The notes below the pieces were generated by a model. That model was not told where the DNA came from. It did not search any database and was given only the letters and a program-made list of their open reading frames with translations. DNA of 64,000 nucleotides from Candidatus Geocrenenecus huangii (GTDB taxonomy: Archaea; Thermoproteota; Nitrososphaeria_A; Caldarchaeales; Wolframiiraptoraceae): NCBI GenBank assembly GCA_023254095.1, contig JALNLM010000001.1:96001-160000 (forward strand), in the 5' to 3' direction. Shown one piece after another: positions 1-9,650 of this stretch. The translations under genes were made by a program, and so were the position numbers. How positions within the stretch are numbered: the stretch's first letter is position 1; every line of letters begins with the position of its first letter.

Positions 1-1
1 A

Positions 2-1111
2 TGCATCCTTCCTGCGAAGAAGCAGATAGTGGTTAAGAACTGGAGATCTAGACCTGTGTACGCAATCGAAGATTCTATAATAGAGTATACGTTCGGCGAA
101 GGCGGATCGATTGAAGAGGTCGATGGTAACACTATACCGGACCAGTGGTCTAAAGCTGTTCAAGAAATCTCCGAATCAGATTACTCCATCGTAATGTTCA
201 TGGGCTCATCAGATTCAGGCAAGACCTCTCTAGCTACTTTGGGTGCAAACACTTTTCTAAATGCGAAGAAAACATGCGTCTACGTGGACCTAGATGTAGG
301 TCAATCAAGTATCTGCCCGCCTACGACCATAGGATACGTATACTTGAAAAATCCTCTTCCCGACATTTCATACGTTAAGGCTGAAACCATGGAGGCTGTA
401 GGATATACATCCCCTATGCCTGTGATGGCTAAGCACATAGAGTCTTCGCAGAAACTACACAGTAGCTTATCATCTAAGTATGTTGTCCAGAATCTCGTAA
501 TAGATGTTGATGGATGGATAAACGGTGAAGGAGCAATCAACCACAAGAAAGAATTAATGAAAGTGTTCAAGCCAACTCATCTACTCATCATAGGTGATAC
601 CAACCGTGAAATAGAAGATATCTGTAAGGAATTCTCAATAGACGTTCGTAGATTGCCTCCTCCAATAATGGTTAGAAAGAGAAGTCTAGAAGCTAGGAAG
701 AAGCTTAGAGAAATGATGTATGAAAAATTCTTGAGGAAATCTGTTACTAGAACTATACCGATATCCTGGCTTGAGTTAAAATATGTTACGGGCGAAAACA
801 GAATTCACCGGATTGCGTCAATGATAAACAAGCTCATAACGGCTTTCGCTGAAGATAAGGGGGTCGTAATCGAAGAAGGATTAGAAGAACTCTGTAGAAC
901 ATATAGGGCAGGGATACTATGCCACCTGTATGACGTCAACTATACGTTTACGGGTATTGGGTTGCTTACGATGTTTAGTCTTAAGAAGAATCTACTAAAA
1001 ATCTATACGCCTTTCCAATCTCAGATCAAGCAATTAGTCCTAACGAGCTTGATAATCACGGCCGAAGGCTCAGAGCTATTCTCTACCTCTCCCCAAGTTC
1101 TGGAGTCATGA
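2..1111 (+). CDS. Clp1/Grc3 (NOL9)-family polynucleotide 5'-kinase, 5'-truncated by window edge
   Basis: Walker A GSSDSGKT, DLDVGQS..CPPTTIG and DVDGWI motifs; frame is open back to base 2. Confidence 0.85.
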   Translation, partial: CILPAKKQIVVKNWRSRPVYAIEDSIIEYTFGEGGSIEEVDGNTIPDQWSKAVQEISESDYSIVMFMGSSDSGKTSLATLGANTFLNAKKTCVYVDLDVGQSSICPPTTIGYVYLKNPLPDISYVKAETMEAVGYTSPMPVMAKHIESSQKLHSSLSSKYVVQNLVIDVDGWINGEGAINHKKELMKVFKPTHLLIIGDTNREIEDICKEFSIDVRRLPPPIMVRKRSLEARKKLREMMYEKFLRKSVTRTIPISWLELKYVTGENRIHRIASMINKLITAFAEDKGVVIEEGLEELCRTYRAGILCHLYDVNYTFTGIGLLTMFSLKKNLLKIYTPFQSQIKQLVLTSLIITAEGSELFSTSPQVLES

Positions 1112-1664
1112 TAGTTATCCTGTACGCCAACCCTCTAACTATAAGTGTTTGAGCATTCGCTCTTGGTAGAACAGCTATATCCCCTTTCTTGAAGGGGCCA
1201 TAGGTTTTCAAATCTTCTCCAACAATCTGGGGGAAGTCCTGCTGGAAGCATACTACATCATAGTTGGATTCTATGATCCTCCAACCACTATATGCTGTCG
1301 CCATAATGATTGATTCAACATATTTCCTGTAGTCTGTTATGATTCTATGCAGAGACATGTAGATGTTTTTCTCGAACGCAGACATCGTTTCAGGATATTG
1401 ACCTAACTCCACTGCTCTAATAATCTTCCCAAGCCTAGTATCGAATAATGATCTGAGAAGTTTAGCTACTGCATCTACCTCTGCTTCCCGCAAGCTCGTT
1501 GAAAGCATCATTTTATCGGAGACTCTGAGATAGCTTTTCAATCTTGAGAAATATTCCCTTAATTTATCCTCGAACCCTTCTGGAAGCTTTCCTAACTGTT
1601 CTGTAGAATTCTCCAATCTCCAAAGCTCGTATACCAGCTCATATATCGATACTTCGCCTGACAT
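1083..1664 (-). CDS. GINS subunit (Gins51-type, helical A domain then B domain)
   Basis: C-terminal FPQIVGEDLKTYGPFKKGDIAVLP..NAQTL B-domain; directly downstream of priS, a conserved archaeal pairing. Confidence 0.85.
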   Translation of the reverse strand: MSGEVSIYELVYELWRLENSTEQLGKLPEGFEDKLREYFSRLKSYLRVSDKMMLSTSLREAEVDAVAKLLRSLFDTRLGKIIRAVELGQYPETMSAFEKNIYMSLHRIITDYRKYVESIIMATAYSGWRIIESNYDVVCFQQDFPQIVGEDLKTYGPFKKGDIAVLPRANAQTLIVRGLAYRITIMTPELGER

Positions 1665-1726
1665 CTCCTACAATTAAATATACAGTTCATGTAATAAAAT
1701 TGTTTCCACCATCTTACCCTATAAGG

Positions 1727-2971
1727 CTACAATGCATACGGCTTCGATACAGTGGCTAAGTTCTTTAATATTAAGAATATGGCCACAGCCATGGGAAGCT
1801 TAGCCATAGTATTCTCTAGGGGGCCATATTCTTCTCCCAGCATTCTGAATTTCGGGGCTTTGAGAACACGTACTTCAACCATCTTGTCGTAGGGCAGTAC
1901 GACGGTCTGAAGAAATGGATCGAAATCTTCAAGTTCATCAATATCGATTACTCTCGCTAGTAATCCAGACTTTCCGTTAATAGTATTACCAAGTCTGATC
2001 AATCTGTGAATATCAGAAGTGACGACGACATCGATCTTCGCTGAAGCATGGTTAACCGCTGCCTTCGCCAACAGTTTCACGACGTTTCTTGGGAGTAAAT
2101 CCCATGCGCAACGCTCACTCCACTCTTCCGAGAATTGCCTCAGTATAGCAGCACACTTATCGGCTAACTTGTAGGATGTAGATGTTAATTCAGAAAATTC
2201 AATAGGATCCGCTCTTAAAGCCAATTGAATTGAGGCTCTTGCGATCCTACCTCTCCACCCAGGGTCGGAGATATCTGGCCCTCTAATCTTTAAAGCTTTT
2301 CCCTTAACGGTATCTTCAACTAACCCCATAAGCCTCATCGAAATACCTGTCCCAGTGATGTAGTCTACTATTTCTTTTCTTTCTATCTGTCCGAGCTCCG
2401 AGATCTCTTCATCCTTGACTACTACGTGGTAGCCTCTATTGCCTGAGAAAGCAACCTTGAGATTCTTGAAGCCTAGGTCCTCTTCTAAGAAATCTAGCAG
2501 TTTAAGAGTTTCCTGCTTTGCCGATTCTAGACATAGTTCGCAGATCCATTCTGAATCGATTAATGCCCCACCACAATTACTACATACTTCTTTTTGGGTA
2601 GAATAAGCGGTGAAGCATTTCGGGCATACCTTGAAGTCATGTTTCCCCTTGCATGGTGTTTTAAGATGATCTGCATCTATATCAAAAGCAAGCTCTGCAC
2701 CCATCCATTCCTTCTCCTCCATTGGAGCACTAGGATACTTGTAAAATGCCAATGAATGATATACGTGGAGAGGGTTATTCTTTACGAGGAATTCTCTTAG
2801 CTTTTCAGGGGAATCTATATAGAGATGCCTAACCATTATCCTCTCTTGAAATGTGAAATACCCGAATTCTCTCTCACTTATTCTTTCGGGAACATAGACG
2901 GTGTCAGCTTTCTCTAAATAGTATTTCTTAAAAGACGATTCAACAAGTCTCGAGTCGGCTTGAGTCAACAA
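1727..2971 (-). CDS. priS: DNA primase catalytic (small) subunit with Cys-rich insertion
   Basis: REFG, ELAFDIDAD, FSGNRGYH, IDVVVTSDIHRLIRL motifs. Confidence 0.95.
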   Translation of the reverse strand: MLTQADSRLVESSFKKYYLEKADTVYVPERISEREFGYFTFQERIMVRHLYIDSPEKLREFLVKNNPLHVYHSLAFYKYPSAPMEEKEWMGAELAFDIDADHLKTPCKGKHDFKVCPKCFTAYSTQKEVCSNCGGALIDSEWICELCLESAKQETLKLLDFLEEDLGFKNLKVAFSGNRGYHVVVKDEEISELGQIERKEIVDYITGTGISMRLMGLVEDTVKGKALKIRGPDISDPGWRGRIARASIQLALRADPIEFSELTSTSYKLADKCAAILRQFSEEWSERCAWDLLPRNVVKLLAKAAVNHASAKIDVVVTSDIHRLIRLGNTINGKSGLLARVIDIDELEDFDPFLQTVVLPYDKMVEVRVLKAPKFRMLGEEYGPLENTMAKLPMAVAIFLILKNLATVSKPYAL

Positions 2972-3013
2972 AGCTTATTCTAGAACCTTGCTCGTCAACC
3001 TTATTGTTAAATC

Positions 3014-3127
3014 TTATTTCTTTGATACTTCCTTATAAAGAATATAAGCTACGATGAGTAAGAAGGTTAAAACAGAAAGCCAGAATAATGAACCGTAAAG
3101 TAAATCTATGAAGCCCTCAATACTCAT
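3014..3127 (-). CDS. 37-aa single-pass membrane smORF (MSIEGFIDLLYGSLFWLSVLTFLLIVAYILYKEVSKK), not in ORF track
   Basis: ATG preceded by GGTGAGG, with a TTTTATAA TATA-like box upstream; hydrophobic helix and basic tail. Confidence 0.6.
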   Translation of the reverse strand: MSIEGFIDLLYGSLFWLSVLTFLLIVAYILYKEVSKK

Positions 3128-3256
3128 GTCTTCTTAGACCTCACCCTTAACTTATAAAAGCTATTTTTAAGGTTATCCCGTATATTCGGCTGTCTCGTGC
3201 TTGGCCAGGAAGAGATAGAAATCGTTTTATGAAGCTCTAATATAATCTAAATCGGG

Positions 3257-4678
3257 ATGCCTACACCGATCGGCATTGTATGTAGTGGTGCAAGTGAATC
3301 CAGTGCTACAGTCGTCCTGTATGATGGAATGGAGAAAGAGGTAAAGAATGAGAGCCTAGTCTTGATTAGGAACAGGAATGGGGGAAATGTTTTAGCAGTA
3401 TGTAGGGGAGGTCTAGGTATAAATGAGAGCCTAAGAACTGGAGCGTTCACGCCGGGTGTAGCATATGCGAAGAGTAGGAGAGTACCGAGTAGTGTAAAAG
3501 AATATTTCCTATTCAAGCTACAGGTTATTGGAGAAATAAACGATAATGGGATCTCCCAGAATAAGATTATTATTGCTCCAACATCTACCGTTGAATTATT
3601 CACAGATGAAGACAGCCCTATGCAATATCTTAGCAAAAGCGATCTATACATAGGACACTACTGGGGGAAGCCGAGCTGGAGGGTTCCAGTCTTGAAAGAA
3701 TACATAAACTATCACATAGGAGTATTCGGTATAACAGGTTCAGGCAAAAGCTATCTAACAAGATACGAGATAATTCCTCTACTCCGGAGAGCTGGATATG
3801 ACGTGATAGTCATGGACTGGAAAGGGAGCGACTACGCTACATACTTTGAGTATGTCTTAGCTCTCAACGAGATAAAGGTAGATAACCAGACTGTTGTAAA
3901 ATACTTTAGCAGTATAACTAGAAACTTCGGATACATCGATAGAGAAGAAAACCCTGTGGCCGCAGCAGTTGAAACGTCTTTAAGGCAAGTCGATTGGAGA
4001 GGCAGAAACCCTGAACAAAGCCGTCAACTAGTTCTACAAAGAGCCAAAGCAATCTTAAACGAGTCATCTGGTGTAAAAGAGGAAACTAGGAAGCTCCAAG
4101 TGAGTAGGCTTGAATCGTCTTTCGAAATAATAACCGAGGAAGAATTCGAGAAATTTTTAGGAACAATAGAGCCTTGGGAGATCTTTGCAAAAGCGAAAGA
4201 CAAAGGGATACTCGTTATAGATATGAGTAGGGGGATCAAAGAGCAGAAGCTTGCAGTCTTTCTTGCTATAACGAAGTATTTGAAGCGATTAATGGAGAAT
4301 AAACAAGTCTTGAATATCGCCATAGTTATAGATGAGGGACCACAGTATGCTCCATGGCAACCTAGAGGTATGGAAAGGGATACAACGGACATGATCATGG
4401 AGCTATGTGCTCTAGGTAGAAGTTATGGTCTATCCATAGTAATTTTATCTCAAGGAATGGCTGGAGAGATAGGGTTGAATGCAGCTGTAAGAAGAAATCT
4501 GAATACACAGTTTATTGGGAGGATACATCCATTAGACGTAGAAGAAGCTCAGAAGCTTGCAGCATCATACTATATCTCTCCGGAGACCATGTTGACTCTC
4601 CCCGAAGGACATTTCTACTTCTTGGGTAGAATGAATCCATCTCCAATACCTTTATTGATAAGCTTCCAGATAAGGTAG
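3257..4678 (+). CDS. herA: HerA/FtsK-family ATPase with N-terminal HAS-barrel-like region
   Basis: Walker A GITGSGKS, Walker B IVIDEG, GRSYG, ILSQ; adjacent to nurA. Confidence 0.8.
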   Translation: MPTPIGIVCSGASESSATVVLYDGMEKEVKNESLVLIRNRNGGNVLAVCRGGLGINESLRTGAFTPGVAYAKSRRVPSSVKEYFLFKLQVIGEINDNGISQNKIIIAPTSTVELFTDEDSPMQYLSKSDLYIGHYWGKPSWRVPVLKEYINYHIGVFGITGSGKSYLTRYEIIPLLRRAGYDVIVMDWKGSDYATYFEYVLALNEIKVDNQTVVKYFSSITRNFGYIDREENPVAAAVETSLRQVDWRGRNPEQSRQLVLQRAKAILNESSGVKEETRKLQVSRLESSFEIITEEEFEKFLGTIEPWEIFAKAKDKGILVIDMSRGIKEQKLAVFLAITKYLKRLMENKQVLNIAIVIDEGPQYAPWQPRGMERDTTDMIMELCALGRSYGLSIVILSQGMAGEIGLNAAVRRNLNTQFIGRIHPLDVEEAQKLAASYYISPETMLTLPEGHFYFLGRMNPSPIPLLISFQIR

Positions 4679-4751
4679 AACGATTAGAAGAATAATTTCT
4701 AAGAACTTTAATAAGTACGTCTACCTTTCTTAGTATCAGTGAAGTATAGAT

Positions 4752-6038
4752 ATGTTCGAAGAAGAAAAGCCTTCTGCGATGAGTAAGCTTCCCTTCAAAC
4801 TACAAGTTGACCTATACGAGCATGCCAGACAAGCTGCTAGCAGGGTTTTCAAGGAGATCGAAATTGAGAGGGAGAAACTTTCTAGAGTCAACAACTTATT
4901 AAAGTTTAGAGATATACCTGAAGTTTTAAGTAGTAAGGATCTAAGGGTCGGAGCCGTAGATGGGTCTTCATCACCTACGTTCAGCGATAGATTAGGCTAC
5001 AGAATAGGGGTTTATGCAGCATGCTACATTGTCTTTGATGGAAACGAGATAATATCTGACAAGGATGATGAAACGATGGAGGCAGGATACATGATGGTTA
5101 ACCAGGTGGGCGATATAGAGCAGACTAGAAAGATACTTACACTCTTGATGACTGTTAAGGAAAGGGAGAAAGCTCTAAGATGTATTGAAAAATATGATGT
5201 TGACATACTTCTTATCGACGGCTCATTCTACGGTTTCAGGACAAGATGTAGTGAGATAAAGAAGTTAGACTTAGCGGAAATAGGGATAAGCGAGTATAAG
5301 ACTGGGTGGGAATTGATAAATCATGTCTTAAAATCCACTAGGAAGCTCGTCAAGTCAGGTAAAGCCGTAGGTGTAATAAAAAGACTTAGATCATGTGCGA
5401 TAGACGGATGGATCTTATCCAAAACATGGAGTAAAAAATCCATCGTAAATCGTAACGATAGATCTGTACTCCGATCTCTCATGCCCTGTGGGAAATACTT
5501 TGACTATAGAGACATCCATGAAGATGAATGGACCTATCTACACTACAGTAACTTAGTAACATGGTATAAGGAATTAGTCAGGAATCATATAATCAGAGAA
5601 GATTGTACACCAGAAGACAATGTAAAACGTGCTTTCGAGTATGTTCACAGTAAGCTCAAAACTCAGATCGCTACAGATCTCACTCCCCCAAATTCCCACA
5701 ATGAACCGAAGAGCAAGGTAGGCGAAGACCTTGTCAAAGAAATAACTAGTAGACCTAGAATACATGCTAGGCTATCAAGATATGCAGCACCGATCTGCCT
5801 AGAACTAGGTGAGGGGGTAGACCTCGACATAGTATTATCATATAGTTTGAAGAATGTAAACGTAGTGACTGGAATACCTTTCCCGATAGACCTAGTTGAT
5901 GAACAGGTTTCCCTGGAAAAAGAGATAGCGAGAGAGTTCGCGGAAGAGATAGAGACAAGACTGCTACTAGAATCAGAGATATCCTCTGAAGAAGTAGAAG
6001 CTAGACTTGAACCTTTAAATCCCCAGAAAGGAGGATAA
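4752..6038 (+). CDS. nurA: NurA-family nuclease
   Basis: GAVDGS and LLIDGS acidic motifs, GVIKR, C-terminal GIPFPIDLVD. Confidence 0.8.
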   Translation: MFEEEKPSAMSKLPFKLQVDLYEHARQAASRVFKEIEIEREKLSRVNNLLKFRDIPEVLSSKDLRVGAVDGSSSPTFSDRLGYRIGVYAACYIVFDGNEIISDKDDETMEAGYMMVNQVGDIEQTRKILTLLMTVKEREKALRCIEKYDVDILLIDGSFYGFRTRCSEIKKLDLAEIGISEYKTGWELINHVLKSTRKLVKSGKAVGVIKRLRSCAIDGWILSKTWSKKSIVNRNDRSVLRSLMPCGKYFDYRDIHEDEWTYLHYSNLVTWYKELVRNHIIREDCTPEDNVKRAFEYVHSKLKTQIATDLTPPNSHNEPKSKVGEDLVKEITSRPRIHARLSRYAAPICLELGEGVDLDIVLSYSLKNVNVVTGIPFPIDLVDEQVSLEKEIAREFAEEIETRLLLESEISSEEVEARLEPLNPQKGG

Positions 6039-6090
6039 ACATAGATTAAATATTTGCTCTCTACGTAAGTAGAGATAGGGGTGATGCGCT

Positions 6091-7770
6091 CTCGGAAAAT
6101 ATCTAATTACAGCAGCTCTTCCATATTCTTACGCTCCTAGACACTTTGGACATTTAGCTGGGGCGTACCTACCAGCCGACATATTTGCAAGATTCCGTAG
6201 ACTCGTGGGAGATCAGACCGTATTCGTATGTGGTACAGATGAGAACGCAAGCAGCATCGTATTGGAAGCTATTAAACAGAATATGACGCCTAAAGAATTA
6301 TGTGACAAATACTATCCAATACAGAAAGAAGTTTTCGAAAGGCTTGGAATAAGCTTCGACATTTTTTCACGTACTAGTAAGCCTATACATTATGAAGTGG
6401 TTAGAGAATTTTACAAGAAGCTCTGGGACAAAGGGTATATCTATCCCAAAGAGATTAAACAATGGTGGTGCCCTAAAGATAGAATGGTTTTACCCGATAG
6501 ATTTGTGAAGGGAACATGTCCGAGATGCGGCGCAGAAGACCAGTATGGAGATGTATGCGAAGTATGCGGTTCATGGTATGAGTCTTTTGAGCTACTAAAT
6601 CCGAAATGTACATTATGTGGAGGCAAGCCCGAGATAATAGGTAAGACGCACTTCTTCCTAAAGCTCAGCGAATTAACATCTAGGGTACTAGAATATGTTC
6701 GAGATAAGAAACACTGGAGGAAGGCAACATATAATAAGACGATCTCATGGTTAGAGAAAGAAGGATTAAGAGACAAAGATATTACAAGAGATTATGAATG
6801 GGGTCCTCCAGCTCCTTTCCCTAATGCGGAAAACCAGGTTATATACAATTGGGCTGAAAATCTTCTCGGATACGTATCTGCTACAAGGGATTGGGCTGAA
6901 AACGTCTCAAACCGTCCGGATGCATGGAAAGAGTTCTGGATGGATAAAGAGACGAGACTATACTGCTTCATCGGTAAGGATAACCTCTTCTTCCACACTA
7001 TTCTATTCCCAGCTCTACTGATAGCCCATGGAGAATACATTCTACCATACCACGTAGTAGTAAACGAGTTTGTAAACCTAGAAGGTGAGAAACTCTCAAC
7101 AAGCAGAGGATGGGTCATATGGTTACATGACCTACTAGCTGAATATGATCCAGACATTATACGATACTACGCAGCCGCAATCGCTCCTGAAACAAGAGAT
7201 ACAGATTTCAAGTGGCAGGACTTCGCAGAAAAAGTAAATGGAGAATTGATAGGAACCTTAGGCAACTTTATACATCGTGTATTAACATTCCTGCATGAGA
7301 AGATGGGTGGAGTCGTTCCAGACCCGGGAGAACTCGATGAAAGAAGTAAAGAGATGATCAATACATGTTATAGAATAGTTGAAAAATTCAGGAATCATGT
7401 TGAGGCATGCGAATTCAAGGATGGTTTGAAGGAGATACTCCATCTTGCACAGCAAGGAAATAGGTACTTTAATGAAAAATCTCCTTGGAAGAATCTCGAT
7501 GAGGCTCCTAGAACACTATACGTGTTGATACAGATTGTTCACGCTCTGGCTTTAATAATGTCTCCGTACCTTCCATTTACGTCTCAAAGATTACTAGAAT
7601 ACCTTAACATAGACAAGAAAGTTGAAGAACTTAGATGGGGCGATGTCGAGAAGACGATTCCACCGGGCCACAAGATAAGGGAACCAAAACCATTGTTCAA
7701 GAAGGTTGATGAAAAAGATATACGTGAAAAAACAAAAAAGTTGGAAGAAATAAGGAAGAGCTTCAGCTGA
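6091..7770 (+). CDS. metG: Methionyl-tRNA synthetase without C-terminal Trbp domain; start unresolved
   Basis: KYLITAALPY and HFGH (HIGH motif) lie upstream of the track start at 6205; Zn knuckles; KLSTS (KMSKS); in-frame TGA at 6082. Confidence 0.92.
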   Translation, partial: LGKYLITAALPYSYAPRHFGHLAGAYLPADIFARFRRLVGDQTVFVCGTDENASSIVLEAIKQNMTPKELCDKYYPIQKEVFERLGISFDIFSRTSKPIHYEVVREFYKKLWDKGYIYPKEIKQWWCPKDRMVLPDRFVKGTCPRCGAEDQYGDVCEVCGSWYESFELLNPKCTLCGGKPEIIGKTHFFLKLSELTSRVLEYVRDKKHWRKATYNKTISWLEKEGLRDKDITRDYEWGPPAPFPNAENQVIYNWAENLLGYVSATRDWAENVSNRPDAWKEFWMDKETRLYCFIGKDNLFFHTILFPALLIAHGEYILPYHVVVNEFVNLEGEKLSTSRGWVIWLHDLLAEYDPDIIRYYAAAIAPETRDTDFKWQDFAEKVNGELIGTLGNFIHRVLTFLHEKMGGVVPDPGELDERSKEMINTCYRIVEKFRNHVEACEFKDGLKEILHLAQQGNRYFNEKSPWKNLDEAPRTLYVLIQIVHALALIMSPYLPFTSQRLLEYLNIDKKVEELRWGDVEKTIPPGHKIREPKPLFKKVDEKDIREKTKKLEEIRKSFS

Positions 7771-8821
7771 GATTCTTTATACCCAGTTCTTCCATTATCT
7801 TTTCTAAGTCTTCTTCATTGAAAGCTTCCTCTTTCTTCTGGGGTAGTTGGACTTCAGATTCTCTCCGATTTACGCCCGTCAGTATTAACGATACTTGAAG
7901 TCTAGAATCTAGAGAACTATCTATTCTTGCACCCCATATTACTAATGCTTCTTCTCCCATAAGCTCTGAGACTATCTCAGCCGGTCTAGCTGCTTCGCTG
8001 ATCTTCATGTCTTCTCCTCCAGTTACATGTATTATCGCTCCAGTTAAACCATCATACGTTACGTCTAGTAAGGGGCATTCTAATGCATTAAAGGTTGCTT
8101 CTTCTGCTCTATTCGGTGTTGAAGAGACCCCTATGCCGAGCGCCGCTAGGTTTCCTCTCATCATTATTGTTTTGAAATCTGCATAGTCGATGTTGATCAA
8201 GCTTGGCTTAAGTATTGACTCCGTGATACTGAAGATCATGTTGCTTATTACTTCATCGGCTATTGCGAAAGCATTTTTCAAACTATACTGTGGATAGAGT
8301 TCAAGAAGTTTATTATTGTCGATCGCGACGACAGTATGACAGTTACGTTTCATTTCTTCTAAACCTTGTAAAGCTATCCTCTTTCTAACATTCCCTTCGA
8401 ATTTAAATGGGAGAGTTACGAAACCTATAACTACAGCGCCTTCTTCTTTAGCTACTTCAGCCACCAGAGGCGCAGCACCTGTCCCCGTTCCACCTCCTAA
8501 ACCAGCTGAGATGAACACTATATCTGACCCTTCAAGTACTTCTCTAATCTCGTCTATGGATTCTTCAGCCGCTTCCCTTCCTCTTGCGGGGTCTCCACCT
8601 GCACCTCTGAACTTCGTTACGGTTTTTCCAAGGATTAATTTTCGTGGAGCTTTAATTATTTCCAGATGTTGCGCATCTGTATTTGCTGCGATTAGGTTTA
8701 TCCTAGCTAGCTCTAAGCTTGATAACCTATTGACTGTATTACATCCTGCTCCTCCTACGCCTATCAACGTTATCTTTACATCGTTTAAAAACCCTGCATC
8801 AATTAAGATTTCGTCATTCAC
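7763..8821 (-). CDS. ftsZ: Cell division GTPase FtsZ (FtsZ2-like context)
   Basis: GGAGCN, NTDAQ, GGGTGTG, PFKFEG, T7 loop INIDYAD. Confidence 0.96.
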   Translation of the reverse strand: MNDEILIDAGFLNDVKITLIGVGGAGCNTVNRLSSLELARINLIAANTDAQHLEIIKAPRKLILGKTVTKFRGAGGDPARGREAAEESIDEIREVLEGSDIVFISAGLGGGTGTGAAPLVAEVAKEEGAVVIGFVTLPFKFEGNVRKRIALQGLEEMKRNCHTVVAIDNNKLLELYPQYSLKNAFAIADEVISNMIFSITESILKPSLINIDYADFKTIMMRGNLAALGIGVSSTPNRAEEATFNALECPLLDVTYDGLTGAIIHVTGGEDMKISEAARPAEIVSELMGEEALVIWGARIDSSLDSRLQVSLILTGVNRRESEVQLPQKKEEAFNEEDLEKIMEELGIKNLS

Positions 8822-8960
8822 TTATGTTTGCCTCCGACTGTATAAAATCTCTTACAGCCATTCTGATTGCTTCAGCTCTATTCGGGTAGATTTTTCTTCT
8901 AACCAACTCGTCTATTGCTTCTAAATACGCTTCAGGAAGATGAACTGTAACTACTTTCAT
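8814..8960 (-). CDS. cdrS: 48-aa ribbon-helix-helix regulator, CdrS-like (MKVVTVHLPEAYLEAIDELVRRKIYPNRAEAIRMAVRDFIQSEANISE), not in ORF track
   Basis: RHH signature YPNRAEAIR.AVRD; SD GGAGGTGA at 8968-8975; overlaps ftsZ start by 8 nt. Confidence 0.88.
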   Translation of the reverse strand: MKVVTVHLPEAYLEAIDELVRRKIYPNRAEAIRMAVRDFIQSEANISE

Positions 8961-9245
8961 TTATTTCTCACCTCCAATCCTGAGACCTAGTTGAAATTGT
9001 GATTGTAAAAAGGATTTGTAATACGAGCGTATTGACAATCGATGTACGAGATCCAGTTTCCACTCGAAAAAGCCGTCAAAAAATGATAAAAGCAGTACCG
9101 ACGATACTCATTTATCCTTAAACTATGGGAGAAGCATTATTACGCTGAATCTTTCAGAATTTTCGAAAATTCACTTAACAAACAAGTATACCGATGAATG
9201 ATGATTAGTCATCTTTTATATACTATAGTTGTAGTAATATGTGAG

Positions 9246-9647
9246 GTGACAACTACGAAGAAGCATAAACATGCTCAAGAATACGAAGAAATCGTCGAGA
9301 TAGTTAAGAGGATGGTCAGGGAATCGGAGGAGGGTTCTCTTATAATTGTTGAAGGTGAAAGAGACCTAAAAGCATTAAGGTCTCTGGGCATAAATGGAGA
9401 TATCCTAATCTACAGGTCACGTAGAGACCTTCTAGATAAGATCAATATGTTGAGACCCGCCCACATAATACTTTTGCTTGATATGGATCATGAAGGGGAA
9501 GAAAAGGCATTGTATCTTAAAAAGTTCCTAGAAGGGTCGGCGGAGAAGATTGATTTAACATACTGGAATACGTTGAGGAAATTTAGGAGATTAGGACTTA
9601 CTACTATTGAGTCGCTACCGAAGATATTAGACAACATGGTGAAGTAA
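9246..9647 (+). CDS. Small stand-alone TOPRIM-domain protein
   Basis: IIVEGERD and LLDMDHEG motifs; TATA at about 9214-9221 puts the start downstream of the track ATG (GTG 9246 or ACG 9255). Confidence 0.85.
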   Translation: MTTTKKHKHAQEYEEIVEIVKRMVRESEEGSLIIVEGERDLKALRSLGINGDILIYRSRRDLLDKINMLRPAHIILLLDMDHEGEEKALYLKKFLEGSAEKIDLTYWNTLRKFRRLGLTTIESLPKILDNMVK

Positions 9648-9650
9648 GTA

